Assembly: GCA_048887145.1 (NCBI GenBank)
Contig: JBHLKA010000003.1
Location: 1 to 54,828, forward strand
Direction of reading: 5' to 3'
DNA: 54,828 nt
Origin: Candidatus Hodarchaeota archaeon
GTDB lineage: Archaea; Asgardarchaeota; Lokiarchaeia; Sigyniarchaeales; SOKP01
The notes beneath the pieces are model-generated. The model was not told the DNA's origin, did no database searches, and was given only the letters and a program-made list of their open reading frames with translations. The translations under genes and the position numbers were made by a program. Below, one piece after another: positions 17,589 through 27,272 of this stretch (its first letter is position 1; every line of letters starts with the position of its first letter).

Positions 17589-19082
17589 ATGACGGATGAA
17601 CTAAGGGAAGACAATAAGGAAAGTAAGTCGGAAAGCAAAGTAGAAAAAGATGATGATAGAGTAGATAAGGAATTTTTAAGCAAAGCAAAAGATTCAAGAG
17701 ACTTAATAGATAAAAAGTTAAGGAGTTTTGAAAATAGCATTGAAGATATTTCTGATACTATTAAAAATGGCGAAACTGAAGAGGAGCCAAGGAAAAAAGA
17801 AGAAACTCAGATAGAGGAATTAAGTGAAGAAATTAAGAACAAACAAGAAAAACTTGAGCAAGTTAAAAAAAAAATCGATGATAAAGAAGATTATCTAACT
17901 GCTATCGAAGAAACAATAAAAGCATTAGAGGATCGATACAATCGGAAAAATGAAGAAATGCAAAACTTAGATGAGAGAATAAAAATTACCAAAGAGAGTA
18001 AAGAAACATTAGAAGAGGAATATAAGGAACTAATAAAAAATAATGAGCAACTAATCAAAACCTATGAAGCTAGGCAGGTAGATTTAATAGTACTTACTGA
18101 TAGTGTAAAAGAAAAAGTCGCAACCCAGGATGATTTAAGATCAAAAATAGCTAAAATTAATCAAGAATTTCAAGAAAAAGAACAACTTTTAGAAAAACAG
18201 AGAGAAGAAGCAGAAGCTTTAGATAAGAAAATTAAAAGCCTAACAGCAGAAAATGAGACTTTAAAAGTTTCAATTGGAAAAAATAGGTTTGAATTAGACC
18301 ATACGAATAAAGAAATCGAAGCTAAAGAGGAAGAAAAAAAACTGCTTACGGAACAGTTAGAGAAAAAAGAACAGAGAATAAAAGTCATAGAGCAACATAT
18401 TGAAGATTATAAAGAAGGATTTCCTGAAATGGAAAAACAAAGACAAACATATGAAGAACTTTTAGCAAAGTATAAAGTTCAATTAACTGAAAAGCAACAA
18501 CAATTAATTGATGTTGAATCAAGGATTCAAGGTCTGAATGATAATATAGAAGCTTATGATGAACAAATTTCTAAAAAAGAAACTTTAATTGAAGCTAATG
18601 AAAAAAGAATAGAGGATTTGAAAAAAGATATTGAAATTACCAATAAGGAATATATTGAAAGAGAAGAGCGGTTAAATTCACTTACAGAAAAATTAGAATA
18701 TATGCAAACTGAACATGATAAACTTGTTAAAGCAAAAGAAGTCATTGATAACAGCACAAATGAGTCTAAAGCATTACTTCAAAAACTAAAAATAGAATTA
18801 GAGAATCAAGAAGAAGAAATAAGAGATAAGGAAAGTAGAATTCACAGATTAGAGACTTTATCATTCATCTATAAACTTTCAAAATTCTTTGGTGGGATAT
18901 TGATAGGTGTAGGGGTGTTCTTTATTATTCTTGTAGTAGGTGATATGTTTAATTTTATCAATTTTGGAGATGTTCAGATTATAAATTTTGGAAGTTTCAG
19001 TTTGGGGGTTCTGGGATTATTACTATTAATTAGCGCTATATTTTCAATAATTTCTGGAATATTTCACCTCGAGAAATCTTAA
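17589..19082 (+). CDS. Long coiled-coil protein with two C-terminal transmembrane helices
   Basis: About 400 residues of E/K/Q-rich heptad sequence nearly free of Pro/Gly, followed by two hydrophobic helices. Confidence 0.8.
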   Translation: MTDELREDNKESKSESKVEKDDDRVDKEFLSKAKDSRDLIDKKLRSFENSIEDISDTIKNGETEEEPRKKEETQIEELSEEIKNKQEKLEQVKKKIDDKEDYLTAIEETIKALEDRYNRKNEEMQNLDERIKITKESKETLEEEYKELIKNNEQLIKTYEARQVDLIVLTDSVKEKVATQDDLRSKIAKINQEFQEKEQLLEKQREEAEALDKKIKSLTAENETLKVSIGKNRFELDHTNKEIEAKEEEKKLLTEQLEKKEQRIKVIEQHIEDYKEGFPEMEKQRQTYEELLAKYKVQLTEKQQQLIDVESRIQGLNDNIEAYDEQISKKETLIEANEKRIEDLKKDIEITNKEYIEREERLNSLTEKLEYMQTEHDKLVKAKEVIDNSTNESKALLQKLKIELENQEEEIRDKESRIHRLETLSFIYKLSKFFGGILIGVGVFFIILVVGDMFNFINFGDVQIINFGSFSLGVLGLLLLISAIFSIISGIFHLEKS

Positions 19083-19138
19083 AATTAATAGTTTCTTAAA
19101 AACTTCTAATTTTAAAAAATATTAACTGACGATTAAAA

Positions 19139-21001
19139 TTGAGTGAATCTAAAAAGGAAGAGACTTTACCAAAAAGGACTCTAAAATTATCTCAGGCAGT
19201 AATATATGGGATAGGTTGTGGAATAGGAGGATCTATCTTTATTCTTCTAAGCGATGGAATTGCATTTGCAGGACCTGGAATTTTAGTAAGTTTGATTCTA
19301 TGTGGAATTTTAATTTTTTTTACTGGTCTTAATTATTCAGAATTATCTACAAGTTTACCGATCGCTGGAGGTGCTTATAATTTCACTAAAGAAGGTTTAG
19401 GTGGCTTTTTAGCATTTATTATTGGATTTTTTTTATGGATTGCTAATATCGCTGCTTGCTCATTTTCAGCACAAACTTTTGCTTTAGTAATTGAAGAAGT
19501 TTTAAATATAAGTTTTATAGATATAGATCCCCTATATATAGTTCTTATAAGTATTTTACCTCTATTATTAACAAGTCTGGTAATATTTAGAACACAGAAA
19601 ATTGCTATCAGAGCCTTATTAATTTCTACTATTATTCTAATTGGAATGTTTATTTTTTTCATATTTTCGGGTTTGATAATATCTCCAATCTTTCAAACAT
19701 CAAGTTTTAACTCCGATTATTTATTTTCAGGTACTACTTTCTTTGGAGTTATTTCAGCATTCTCCTTGTTATTTATTTTATTTACATCAATTACATCTAA
19801 CTTAGCATATTTGAATGCAGATTTGAAAAACCCTTCTAGAAATGCACCAAAGACAAATATTTATGCAATTTTAATAACATTAGGTATATATTTATCAATA
19901 ACTATAACGGTTCTACTAAACATAGAGATAGGCTCAACAGGAAGGCCTTTTTTACTAGCCGATGTTCTAGGTAATATTCTGGGCCCTTTTGGATTTTATT
20001 TTATGGCGGCGGCTGCTTTAATCTCCACAACAATAGCTATTAATGCCGCTCTTGGATCAGCAGTAAGTGTTATAACTGCATTAGCAAGAGATAGGTATAT
20101 TCCAAAAAAAATTAGAGCCATAAAGAAAAGAACTGATATGCCTGCACTAGCTTTAATGATTACTGCTTTTTTGACCATTATCTTTACAATTTTTGCAGGA
20201 ATAGGATTAACCGCTGAAACTACAAATCTTATTTTTTTTATTGCTTTAGCTTCAGTTAATTATGCTGCTGTTAAATTAAGACATAAAAGGAAAGAATTAG
20301 ATCGGCCATTTAAAGCCCCATTTTACCCTTTTCTTCCAACTTTATTATTTATCTGCTTTTTAACCTTTGCAGTCTTATTTGGAATTATTTGGATTGAAGC
20401 TCTTTTTTTAGCAATAATTATTTCTATTATTGGTGTGGCGTATTACTTATTATCAATTGCGGATAAACCCTCCATTTCGTTAACATTAGCTGGAATTAAA
20501 TTTTTTGTAGTTATTGTGATTGGATTTGTTATTTGGATGATAAACAACTTCTCAAGTGTTAATTCAACCATTGTCTCAATGAATAGGATATTAATAATTG
20601 TTAGTGTGTTTACAATTGGCACGATTGTCTTTGATCTATTCCCTCTTCGTCAAGTTATTTACTTTTTTATTAAAAAAGTCGATAAATCAAAAGTAGCTAT
20701 CAGATTTGGGAATGCACAAATAATTGAATTAGGAAAAAAAAGATCAAAAATCATTCATGGAGTAAATACTTTAATAATATTATTACAATTTGTTTCTGTC
20801 ATTTTTATATTTTCTATCGTTTACCTATTACTGAATAATACGATTGTTATTGAAGAAATAAATCTTGGTACAACAATAATATCTAAAGAAGCTGGAAGAT
20901 TTCTCTTTATTTCAACCTTAATGTTTTTTGGCATAGTCCTATTTTTTAGCACAGTAATATTGTGGTATAGGAATAGAGAATTAAAACAGCTTGGAATTTA
21001 A
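19139..21001 (+). CDS. APC-family amino acid permease with extra C-terminal TM helices
   Basis: GIGGSIF, AGPG, YSELSTSLPIAGGAYNF, KNPSRNAP, ALARD, RPFKAP. Confidence 0.88.
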   Translation: MSESKKEETLPKRTLKLSQAVIYGIGCGIGGSIFILLSDGIAFAGPGILVSLILCGILIFFTGLNYSELSTSLPIAGGAYNFTKEGLGGFLAFIIGFFLWIANIAACSFSAQTFALVIEEVLNISFIDIDPLYIVLISILPLLLTSLVIFRTQKIAIRALLISTIILIGMFIFFIFSGLIISPIFQTSSFNSDYLFSGTTFFGVISAFSLLFILFTSITSNLAYLNADLKNPSRNAPKTNIYAILITLGIYLSITITVLLNIEIGSTGRPFLLADVLGNILGPFGFYFMAAAALISTTIAINAALGSAVSVITALARDRYIPKKIRAIKKRTDMPALALMITAFLTIIFTIFAGIGLTAETTNLIFFIALASVNYAAVKLRHKRKELDRPFKAPFYPFLPTLLFICFLTFAVLFGIIWIEALFLAIIISIIGVAYYLLSIADKPSISLTLAGIKFFVVIVIGFVIWMINNFSSVNSTIVSMNRILIIVSVFTIGTIVFDLFPLRQVIYFFIKKVDKSKVAIRFGNAQIIELGKKRSKIIHGVNTLIILLQFVSVIFIFSIVYLLLNNTIVIEEINLGTTIISKEAGRFLFISTLMFFGIVLFFSTVILWYRNRELKQLGI

Positions 21002-21053
21002 AATTAACAATTATTTAACTAAAAATCAAAAATTATAATTCTTTTTTAAATAT

Positions 21054-21788
21054 ATGGACTTTCCACGGCTGAATTTGCATATTCATTCAAAGTATTCAGA
21101 TGGAAGAAATAATATAAAACAAATAGTAAGAAAATCAATAGAATATAAATTAAAATATATAGCTATAACTGATCATTTCACAAATTCCTGGAAAGCAGGC
21201 ATTATACCCACTTTAGACTCTAAAGAAAAAATTTTTAATTATATTTCAGAAATTAAGCAATGTCAAAAATATTTAAAAAGGGAGGATATTGATTTAAAAG
21301 TATTTAAGGGTATTGAAATAGATTTAAGTAGTTCAAAAAGCTACATTTTAAATCTTATAAACCCATTTGAATTTGATATTATCCTTTTCGAGTATCTCGA
21401 GAGCCCTGAAGGTATAGCATTTATAAAGACTCTTCTTAAATCTTGGAAAAAGAAATATCTTAAAAATAAAAGTTTCCCAATTTTAGGTTTAGCTCATTTT
21501 GATCCATCAATGTTCATTTATAGTTATTTTGACGTCTTAATACCTTTTTTAAAAGAATTTAATATTTACTATGAATTTAATTCCAGTTATTCGCAATATT
21601 ATGCATATAAGTTTCAAGATTTTTTTTATAAATTAAAAGAGAATAACATTTTGGTTGCTATTGGATGTGATTCTCATAATTTGTTAGATTTAATGAATAT
21701 TGAAGAACCATTCAATAAGATAAGAGATTATGAGCTTGAAGAAAATTTAGGAATATTAATTAACATCCTTGGATCGAGAGAGGATTGA
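21054..21788 (+). CDS. PHP-domain phosphoesterase
   Basis: NLHIHSKYSDG, AITDH, GIEID, LAHFD, GCDSH. Confidence 0.9.
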   Translation: MDFPRLNLHIHSKYSDGRNNIKQIVRKSIEYKLKYIAITDHFTNSWKAGIIPTLDSKEKIFNYISEIKQCQKYLKREDIDLKVFKGIEIDLSSSKSYILNLINPFEFDIILFEYLESPEGIAFIKTLLKSWKKKYLKNKSFPILGLAHFDPSMFIYSYFDVLIPFLKEFNIYYEFNSSYSQYYAYKFQDFFYKLKENNILVAIGCDSHNLLDLMNIEEPFNKIRDYELEENLGILINILGSRED

Positions 21789-21807
21789 TTTTTTAACAAA
21801 AAGAAAA

Positions 21808-22152
21808 TTACACTCTTAATTTATTTATATATTCCATATAATATTTGAAAGCCCGTTCAAATATAATATCCAAGAGCAATTCATTTTGTTCTTTAGGTTC
21901 ATTTAACATTGTTTTCAATTCTCTCTTTCCAATATTGAAAATCTCTTTTGCAGCAATAATCCTTTTACTCATTGACATCTTAGTTATTTCAGTTATTGAT
22001 TTATTATATTTCCTCTGCCATTCGCTCAACGCATGCCAAATTATACCTCGCATAGCAGGTATAGATACATTGATAAGTTCACATAAACGCTTAGCAATAT
22101 TTTGAATCAATTTTAATTGATCAGGATTAAAATTTACTTTAATATATTCCAT
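21808..22152 (-). CDS. Hypothetical protein
   Basis: 114-aa helical ORF with coding-like composition; no family recognised. The frame is open for 23 further codons upstream. Confidence 0.6.
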   Translation of the reverse strand: MEYIKVNFNPDQLKLIQNIAKRLCELINVSIPAMRGIIWHALSEWQRKYNKSITEITKMSMSKRIIAAKEIFNIGKRELKTMLNEPKEQNELLLDIIFERAFKYYMEYINKLRV

Positions 22153-22448
22153 TTCAGTATTTCTTAATGCATTTTCGTTGAAATTAACTACGTATGTAAT
22201 AGGTTCCTCAACCCAATCATTTTATTATTAATTCGTTAAAATTGTATATAAATATTTAGGTATTAATAATCCCAAATAGACAATTTTGTTTAATATTTTT
22301 AAAATACACTATTTAGTTTTGGAAATTTGTAGATTTATTTTGACAAATTAAATCCGTTTTATAACTTATTCTTAATAAAATCAGCTAAAGGTTTCAATCT
22401 AAGCGAAAGTAATTAGCTTTATATTTTCAATTAGTTTTTTATTTAAGT

Positions 22449-23225
22449 ATGAGTCTTGAAGAGAAAATTAATCTAGCAGCAAAATGGATTTTTGATTCAG
22501 AAAATTTAGTTGTATTTACCGGAGCAGGAATATCCACTGATTCAGGCTTACCAGATTATCGTGGGCCGGATGGAGTATGGACAAGACGTGATAAGGGACT
22601 GCCTCCACCTAAGACACCCCCATGGGATCAGGTAAAACCGAATCCTAACCATTACGCAATTGTAGAGTTAATGGAAATGGGTAAGCTAGATTATTTGATT
22701 TCCCAAAATGTAGATGGGTTACATGCTAAATCAGGTATTCCTTTTGATAAATTAGCAGAACTTCATGGTAACATGTATTTCATGAAATGTTTGTCATGTA
22801 ATAGGAAGATGACATTCGAAGAAGCAGGGTGGGATAAAGCAAAATGGGGACCAGGATATAGAACAAATCAAGTTCGAAAAGGTCAACCTGATTGTCCTCA
22901 TTGTGGTGGTAGAATCATTTCAAGTATCGTTAATTTTGGCGATCCATTGCCTTATGACGAGTTAGAAGAGTCAATTAGGCGATCTGAAAATACTGATGTA
23001 TTTTTTGTAATTGGTTCATCTTTAGTAGTGACACCAGCAGCTAATATGCCAGGTATCGCCAAACGAAATGGAGCAAAATTAATAATCTTAAATAAAGGAG
23101 AAACTCCTTATGATTTTGTGGCAGATTTAAGATTTGATAATTATATCGAAGAAATTTTTCCTCAAATTTTAGAAAAAGTTAAGGAAATGCTAAATAAAAA
23201 TAGTTCGTCTATAATGTTTAATTAA
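22449..23225 (+). CDS. NAD-dependent protein deacylase, Sir2 family (class IV/SIRT6-7-like)
   Basis: [30 protein letters not shown], ELHGN, CxxC..CxxC, [9 protein letters not shown]. Confidence 0.93.
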   Translation: [258 protein letters not shown]

Positions 23226-23237
23226 ATTCCAGAAAAA

Positions 23238-24887
23238 TTATTTTAATTTCCCATATAAAACTTTATTTTTATTATATTCTTTTAGAACTCTTTTTCCTTC
23301 TTTTTTTGATAATGATAAAGAGATATCACTTTTCTGACTTAATGAACCTGTAAAAATTGGTTGATTATCAGCAATAACAATGATGTTATTGCTAGCATAT
23401 TCTGGCTCAGCTTTTAGTACTATTTTTTCCCTTTCGACTTCTACATCAAGTTGGAATTTTACCTTACTTGATTTCATCTCTCTAGAGAAGCTATTAAGTT
23501 TTCTATATTTTTCTGATCTTATTGGAATAATTGGATTTACAACAATATCTTGTCCAAAGGAATACATTTCATACTCTAACTGTCTTGTTTTATAATCTCT
23601 TACTTCAACAACTGGTCTAGCAAGATCTTTATCCCTAAAGCCATGGGGTACTTTCACTGTCATTTTTATAGTTAAGACTCTTGAAATATCTCCATCTTTA
23701 ATGAAAATGATAGTATCTATTATTGAGGGGAGCATACCAAGTTCAATTCTACCGATAAATCTCTGAACTGCGTCAATTGCAGAAGATGAATGCACAACGC
23801 CTACCATACCTACTCCAGATAATCGAAAATCAGCATAAACTTGAAAGTCTTTTGTTGTTCTTACTTCATCAAATATTGTAAAATCAGGTCGAACCAATAG
23901 TAGGATATCTGCTGAATTTTCAAGACTTCCTTCAAGCTTAGTATATTGTGTGATTTCTGGTTTAACTTGTAAATCTCTCACACTTTCTAATGTTTTTACA
24001 ACCTTATTTTGGCGTAAATAGTAATTTGCTAATGCTGCTGAAAAGGTGCTCTTACCCGCTCCAGGCGGTCCTGCAACTAGAATTCCCTCTGCTTTTTCCA
24101 GACGTTTGCGGAGTCTTGAGTCGATGGTGTAATCTGATAACGTCAAATTAACGAGTGGTCGTACTGCAGTTAGTTCAACATCATTAGAAAAAGGAGGGCG
24201 AGTAATAACTATTCTAAATTCTCGTAATTGAGCTACGACGGCACCAAACTTTTCAATTTCAACGAAGGAATGAGCATCTTCCCTTACAAATTCTATAATT
24301 TCAATTGCTATTTCTTCTATTTGATTTTTAGTTATTATGTCTTCTCTTACTCTTTCTAAATACCAATTACCTGGACTACCTTTTTTCGCATATGGAGGCA
24401 ATCCTTGCTTTAAATGGACGCTCATTGTGTTTTCATCAAAAAAATCAATTAATTTGAGTGAAACTGAAGTAACTTCTGTTGGTGCTACTTTTTCCTTTAC
24501 TGACATTACTTTAATTCCTTCAAAAATACCTACATCTCCTTGAATCCTATCTGATGTAATTAAAACAGCCTCATTTTCTCGAGCACTTTCTCTAATTAAC
24601 GCATCTAATTCTCCACCAGGAGCCATTTTAATTTCTTCTCTGGTAGGTCTTTTTCCAATTATGTGTAGCTTAATTTTATTGTCATCATGATACTGTCTAA
24701 GTCTTTTAAGAACATTTAAACCCAAGAACCCAATTTCTTTTTGAATATTAGTTCTGTATTCTACTTCAGCAACAACTACGCTGGAAATGAAAATCTCTGG
24801 ATATTCACCCAATTCTCCATCTTCAATCAAATCTAAAATTAGCCCATTAAAAATAACAGACGTATCACATGCGAACTTATCTGACAT
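23238..24887 (-). CDS. PIN-domain ATPase (PINA)
   Basis: N-terminal PIN domain (DTSVI, AEVE, DALIR, LITSD); Walker A GPPGAGKST; ESVRDLQ, FDEVR, GVGMVGVVH, IELGMLP. Confidence 0.92.
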   Translation of the reverse strand: MSDKFACDTSVIFNGLILDLIEDGELGEYPEIFISSVVVAEVEYRTNIQKEIGFLGLNVLKRLRQYHDDNKIKLHIIGKRPTREEIKMAPGGELDALIRESARENEAVLITSDRIQGDVGIFEGIKVMSVKEKVAPTEVTSVSLKLIDFFDENTMSVHLKQGLPPYAKKGSPGNWYLERVREDIITKNQIEEIAIEIIEFVREDAHSFVEIEKFGAVVAQLREFRIVITRPPFSNDVELTAVRPLVNLTLSDYTIDSRLRKRLEKAEGILVAGPPGAGKSTFSAALANYYLRQNKVVKTLESVRDLQVKPEITQYTKLEGSLENSADILLLVRPDFTIFDEVRTTKDFQVYADFRLSGVGMVGVVHSSSAIDAVQRFIGRIELGMLPSIIDTIIFIKDGDISRVLTIKMTVKVPHGFRDKDLARPVVEVRDYKTRQLEYEMYSFGQDIVVNPIIPIRSEKYRKLNSFSREMKSSKVKFQLDVEVEREKIVLKAEPEYASNNIIVIADNQPIFTGSLSQKSDISLSLSKKEGKRVLKEYNKNKVLYGKLK

Positions 24888-25494
24888 TTTCTTCCTCATC
24901 AGCTTCTAATTTACTAATTATTTCAAACTTATTAACACTATAATAAATTGGTTTAGATAACCGATCAACAGTAGCAACAATTAAATCTTTACGAGAGCTC
25001 ATTGCTACTCGGGACATTTTATCCAAATCTTTTAACTCTATTGGAGATCCTTCAAAAATAGGGTAAATTAAATATTTAGCAGCATTTTTCTCAAAATCTA
25101 CCCCCCTCTTATACACACGAAAATCAAGACCATCACCATATCCAGCTCGTACAACATAACCCCTTTTACGTAAATCCATATAAATTATATATTTTTGCCA
25201 TAATCTTGGGTCATACTGAGTGAAAAATGTTAGTAAACTTTCAAAATCATATATTTCCTTGCTTTTATCATTATCTTTCCATAATAGAATCCTATTTCTT
25301 TCACATAAGAGAAGTACTTCTATTGGTTCCAAAATAAGCTTCTGTTCTCCATTATCACTCTCTTCTAGGGTACCAATATAGGAATTGCTGTAAAATTCTT
25401 CGATAGCTTTTTTATCATAGATAAAGACTTTATCTTCCTCGAGAACTGCCTCGAACTGACTTTTCTCTGCTTTTTCATTAGCTTTTTCTGTCAT
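24877..25494 (-). CDS. endA: tRNA-intron endonuclease subunit, probably the non-catalytic structural subunit
   Basis: LEPIEVL, YMDLRKRGYVVR, DFRVYKRG, RVAMSSRKDLIVA. Catalytic Tyr and His positions appear substituted. Confidence 0.85.
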   Translation of the reverse strand: MTEKANEKAEKSQFEAVLEEDKVFIYDKKAIEEFYSNSYIGTLEESDNGEQKLILEPIEVLLLCERNRILLWKDNDKSKEIYDFESLLTFFTQYDPRLWQKYIIYMDLRKRGYVVRAGYGDGLDFRVYKRGVDFEKNAAKYLIYPIFEGSPIELKDLDKMSRVAMSSRKDLIVATVDRLSKPIYYSVNKFEIISKLEADEEENVR

Positions 25495-25620
25495 TTTCCA
25501 ATTTATTATAGTATTTGATGTTTAATGAATTTAATCATAATAAGAAAGTTAATTAGAAAAAATTATTCCTTGGTCATTTAAATTATTATTATAGGAAAAA
25601 TATTTAAGAAAAGTAATTTG

Positions 25621-26502
25621 TTAGACTTGTCTAGATATTATGAAATCCACCAATTTTCCGAGATTCTTAACGTTTTCATAAACTTTTGGAGCCTTCTCTT
25701 CTAAATAATCTTTAAAAGTCTCCCAATTTTCTTTCTTTTCCGAAGGTGCCCCTACTAATAACTTTTTAACTTCATTAATATCGTTAGTAAAGATTAAAGC
25801 ATTATTAACCCTATTAGCATCATTACTTAATAGGAAAATGTAATAATCATTTAAATCCCAAGGATTTAAAACATAATCTGGTTTGTTTCCATCTCCCGCA
25901 TTCTTTCCTCTTAATAAGCGTGTATCCACCTGTGTTGGCAATACCATATTAAAAGTGATATTCTCTCTCTTATATTCTGCTACCATAGATTTTTGCATTC
26001 CTACAACAGCAAATTTACTGGCAACATACGCAGTAAGTCTTATGGGAGCAATTGGATATGCTTCGCTCCCAGTAATTATAAATCTCGCTTTATTCTCTTT
26101 ATCATCTTTTTTCATATATGGAAAAGCCGCTTTAAATGTAAAAAACACCCCTAATACATTAACATTTAAAATTTGGGAGAATATTTCATTTTTAAATTCA
26201 TGAGTTGCCCACATTCGTGAATAGCCAGCATTAGCAATAACTCCATTTAACAGGCCAAACTCGTTATAATATATTTTAAATGCATCTACCACATCATCAT
26301 ATTTGGTAATATCTACTTTTTTTACAACTACATTTGTATCAATACCGAGAGAAATGATTTCTTCTTTAGTTTGAGTTAACTCTTCAAGAGTTCGAGACAT
26401 TAATCCGATATTTGCTCCTTCTTTAGAACAAGCAATCGCAATAGCTTTACCAATTCCCCTTCCTGAACCAGTAATTACAATGTTTTTCCCTTTTAATAGC
26501 AT
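25621..26502 (-). CDS. Short-chain dehydrogenase/reductase
   Basis: ITGSGRGIG, NAG, NVLG, YVASK. Confidence 0.93.
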   Translation of the reverse strand: MLLKGKNIVITGSGRGIGKAIAIACSKEGANIGLMSRTLEELTQTKEEIISLGIDTNVVVKKVDITKYDDVVDAFKIYYNEFGLLNGVIANAGYSRMWATHEFKNEIFSQILNVNVLGVFFTFKAAFPYMKKDDKENKARFIITGSEAYPIAPIRLTAYVASKFAVVGMQKSMVAEYKRENITFNMVLPTQVDTRLLRGKNAGDGNKPDYVLNPWDLNDYYIFLLSNDANRVNNALIFTNDINEVKKLLVGAPSEKKENWETFKDYLEEKAPKVYENVKNLGKLVDFIISRQV

Positions 26503-26622
26503 AATAAAATCAAAATTTATTAGAATATAAGATTTACTTTAAATGATAAAAAATCCACATTTAATAATTCTAAATGCTAAAAATAAAATTTAATTTAGAG
26601 TATCTTCCTTACTCAATTGATC

Positions 26623-27201
26623 ATGAAAGAATTTTACGAAAAAATTCTGAATAAACTGAATAAAGCAAGAAAAATAGTATTTATGGGAATTGGAGAAGAG
26701 AAATTAACTGATGATGGAGTAGGGCCATATATTATCAGCGAACTATTATCATATTCAACTGATAAAGTTATATTTATAAATGGTGGAATAGATCCTATGG
26801 CTCGAATCGATGAAATAATTGATTTCTCCCCTACAAATTTGGTCATATTAGATACTTGCACATTAAATGAGCCACCTGGAACTGTTGCACTAATAGAAAG
26901 AGAATCGATATGTGATTCAGTTCCAATTTCAACACATACGATTCCAGTCCATATTGTAATTGATTTAATCTTGGAGAAATTACCTGATTTAAACGTGTTC
27001 ATGATTGGATTTGTTCCAGAAAGTCTTGAGGGCTTTAAGGATTTGAAACTCTATAAAGGTGAAAAAATCAATTTTGATGACTTAGGTGATAATATTGATC
27101 TTCCTTTTTTTGAAATTAATTTAACCAAAAAAATTCAACAAGCAGCTTTACAAGTAATAAAAATCATTAAAAGATTGGTTAATGAACTAAGCCTTATATA
27201 G
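26623..27201 (+). CDS. Hydrogenase maturation protease (HycI-like)
   Basis: MGIGE..TDDGVG, VILD, PPGTV, ISTHTIP. Confidence 0.85.
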   Translation: MKEFYEKILNKLNKARKIVFMGIGEEKLTDDGVGPYIISELLSYSTDKVIFINGGIDPMARIDEIIDFSPTNLVILDTCTLNEPPGTVALIERESICDSVPISTHTIPVHIVIDLILEKLPDLNVFMIGFVPESLEGFKDLKLYKGEKINFDDLGDNIDLPFFEINLTKKIQQAALQVIKIIKRLVNELSLI

Positions 27202-27272
27202 ATAAATAGGTTAATATTTAAATAAGTCTCAATGTAAATTTTTAGTTAAAAATTTAACCAGAGTTTGAAAGC

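Noticed and set aside
17589-19082. SMC/Rad50 or ESCRT-III assignment for the coiled-coil protein
   Set aside because: No Walker A/B, signature, hinge or zinc-hook motif is present, and the length and TM anchor do not fit ESCRT-III.
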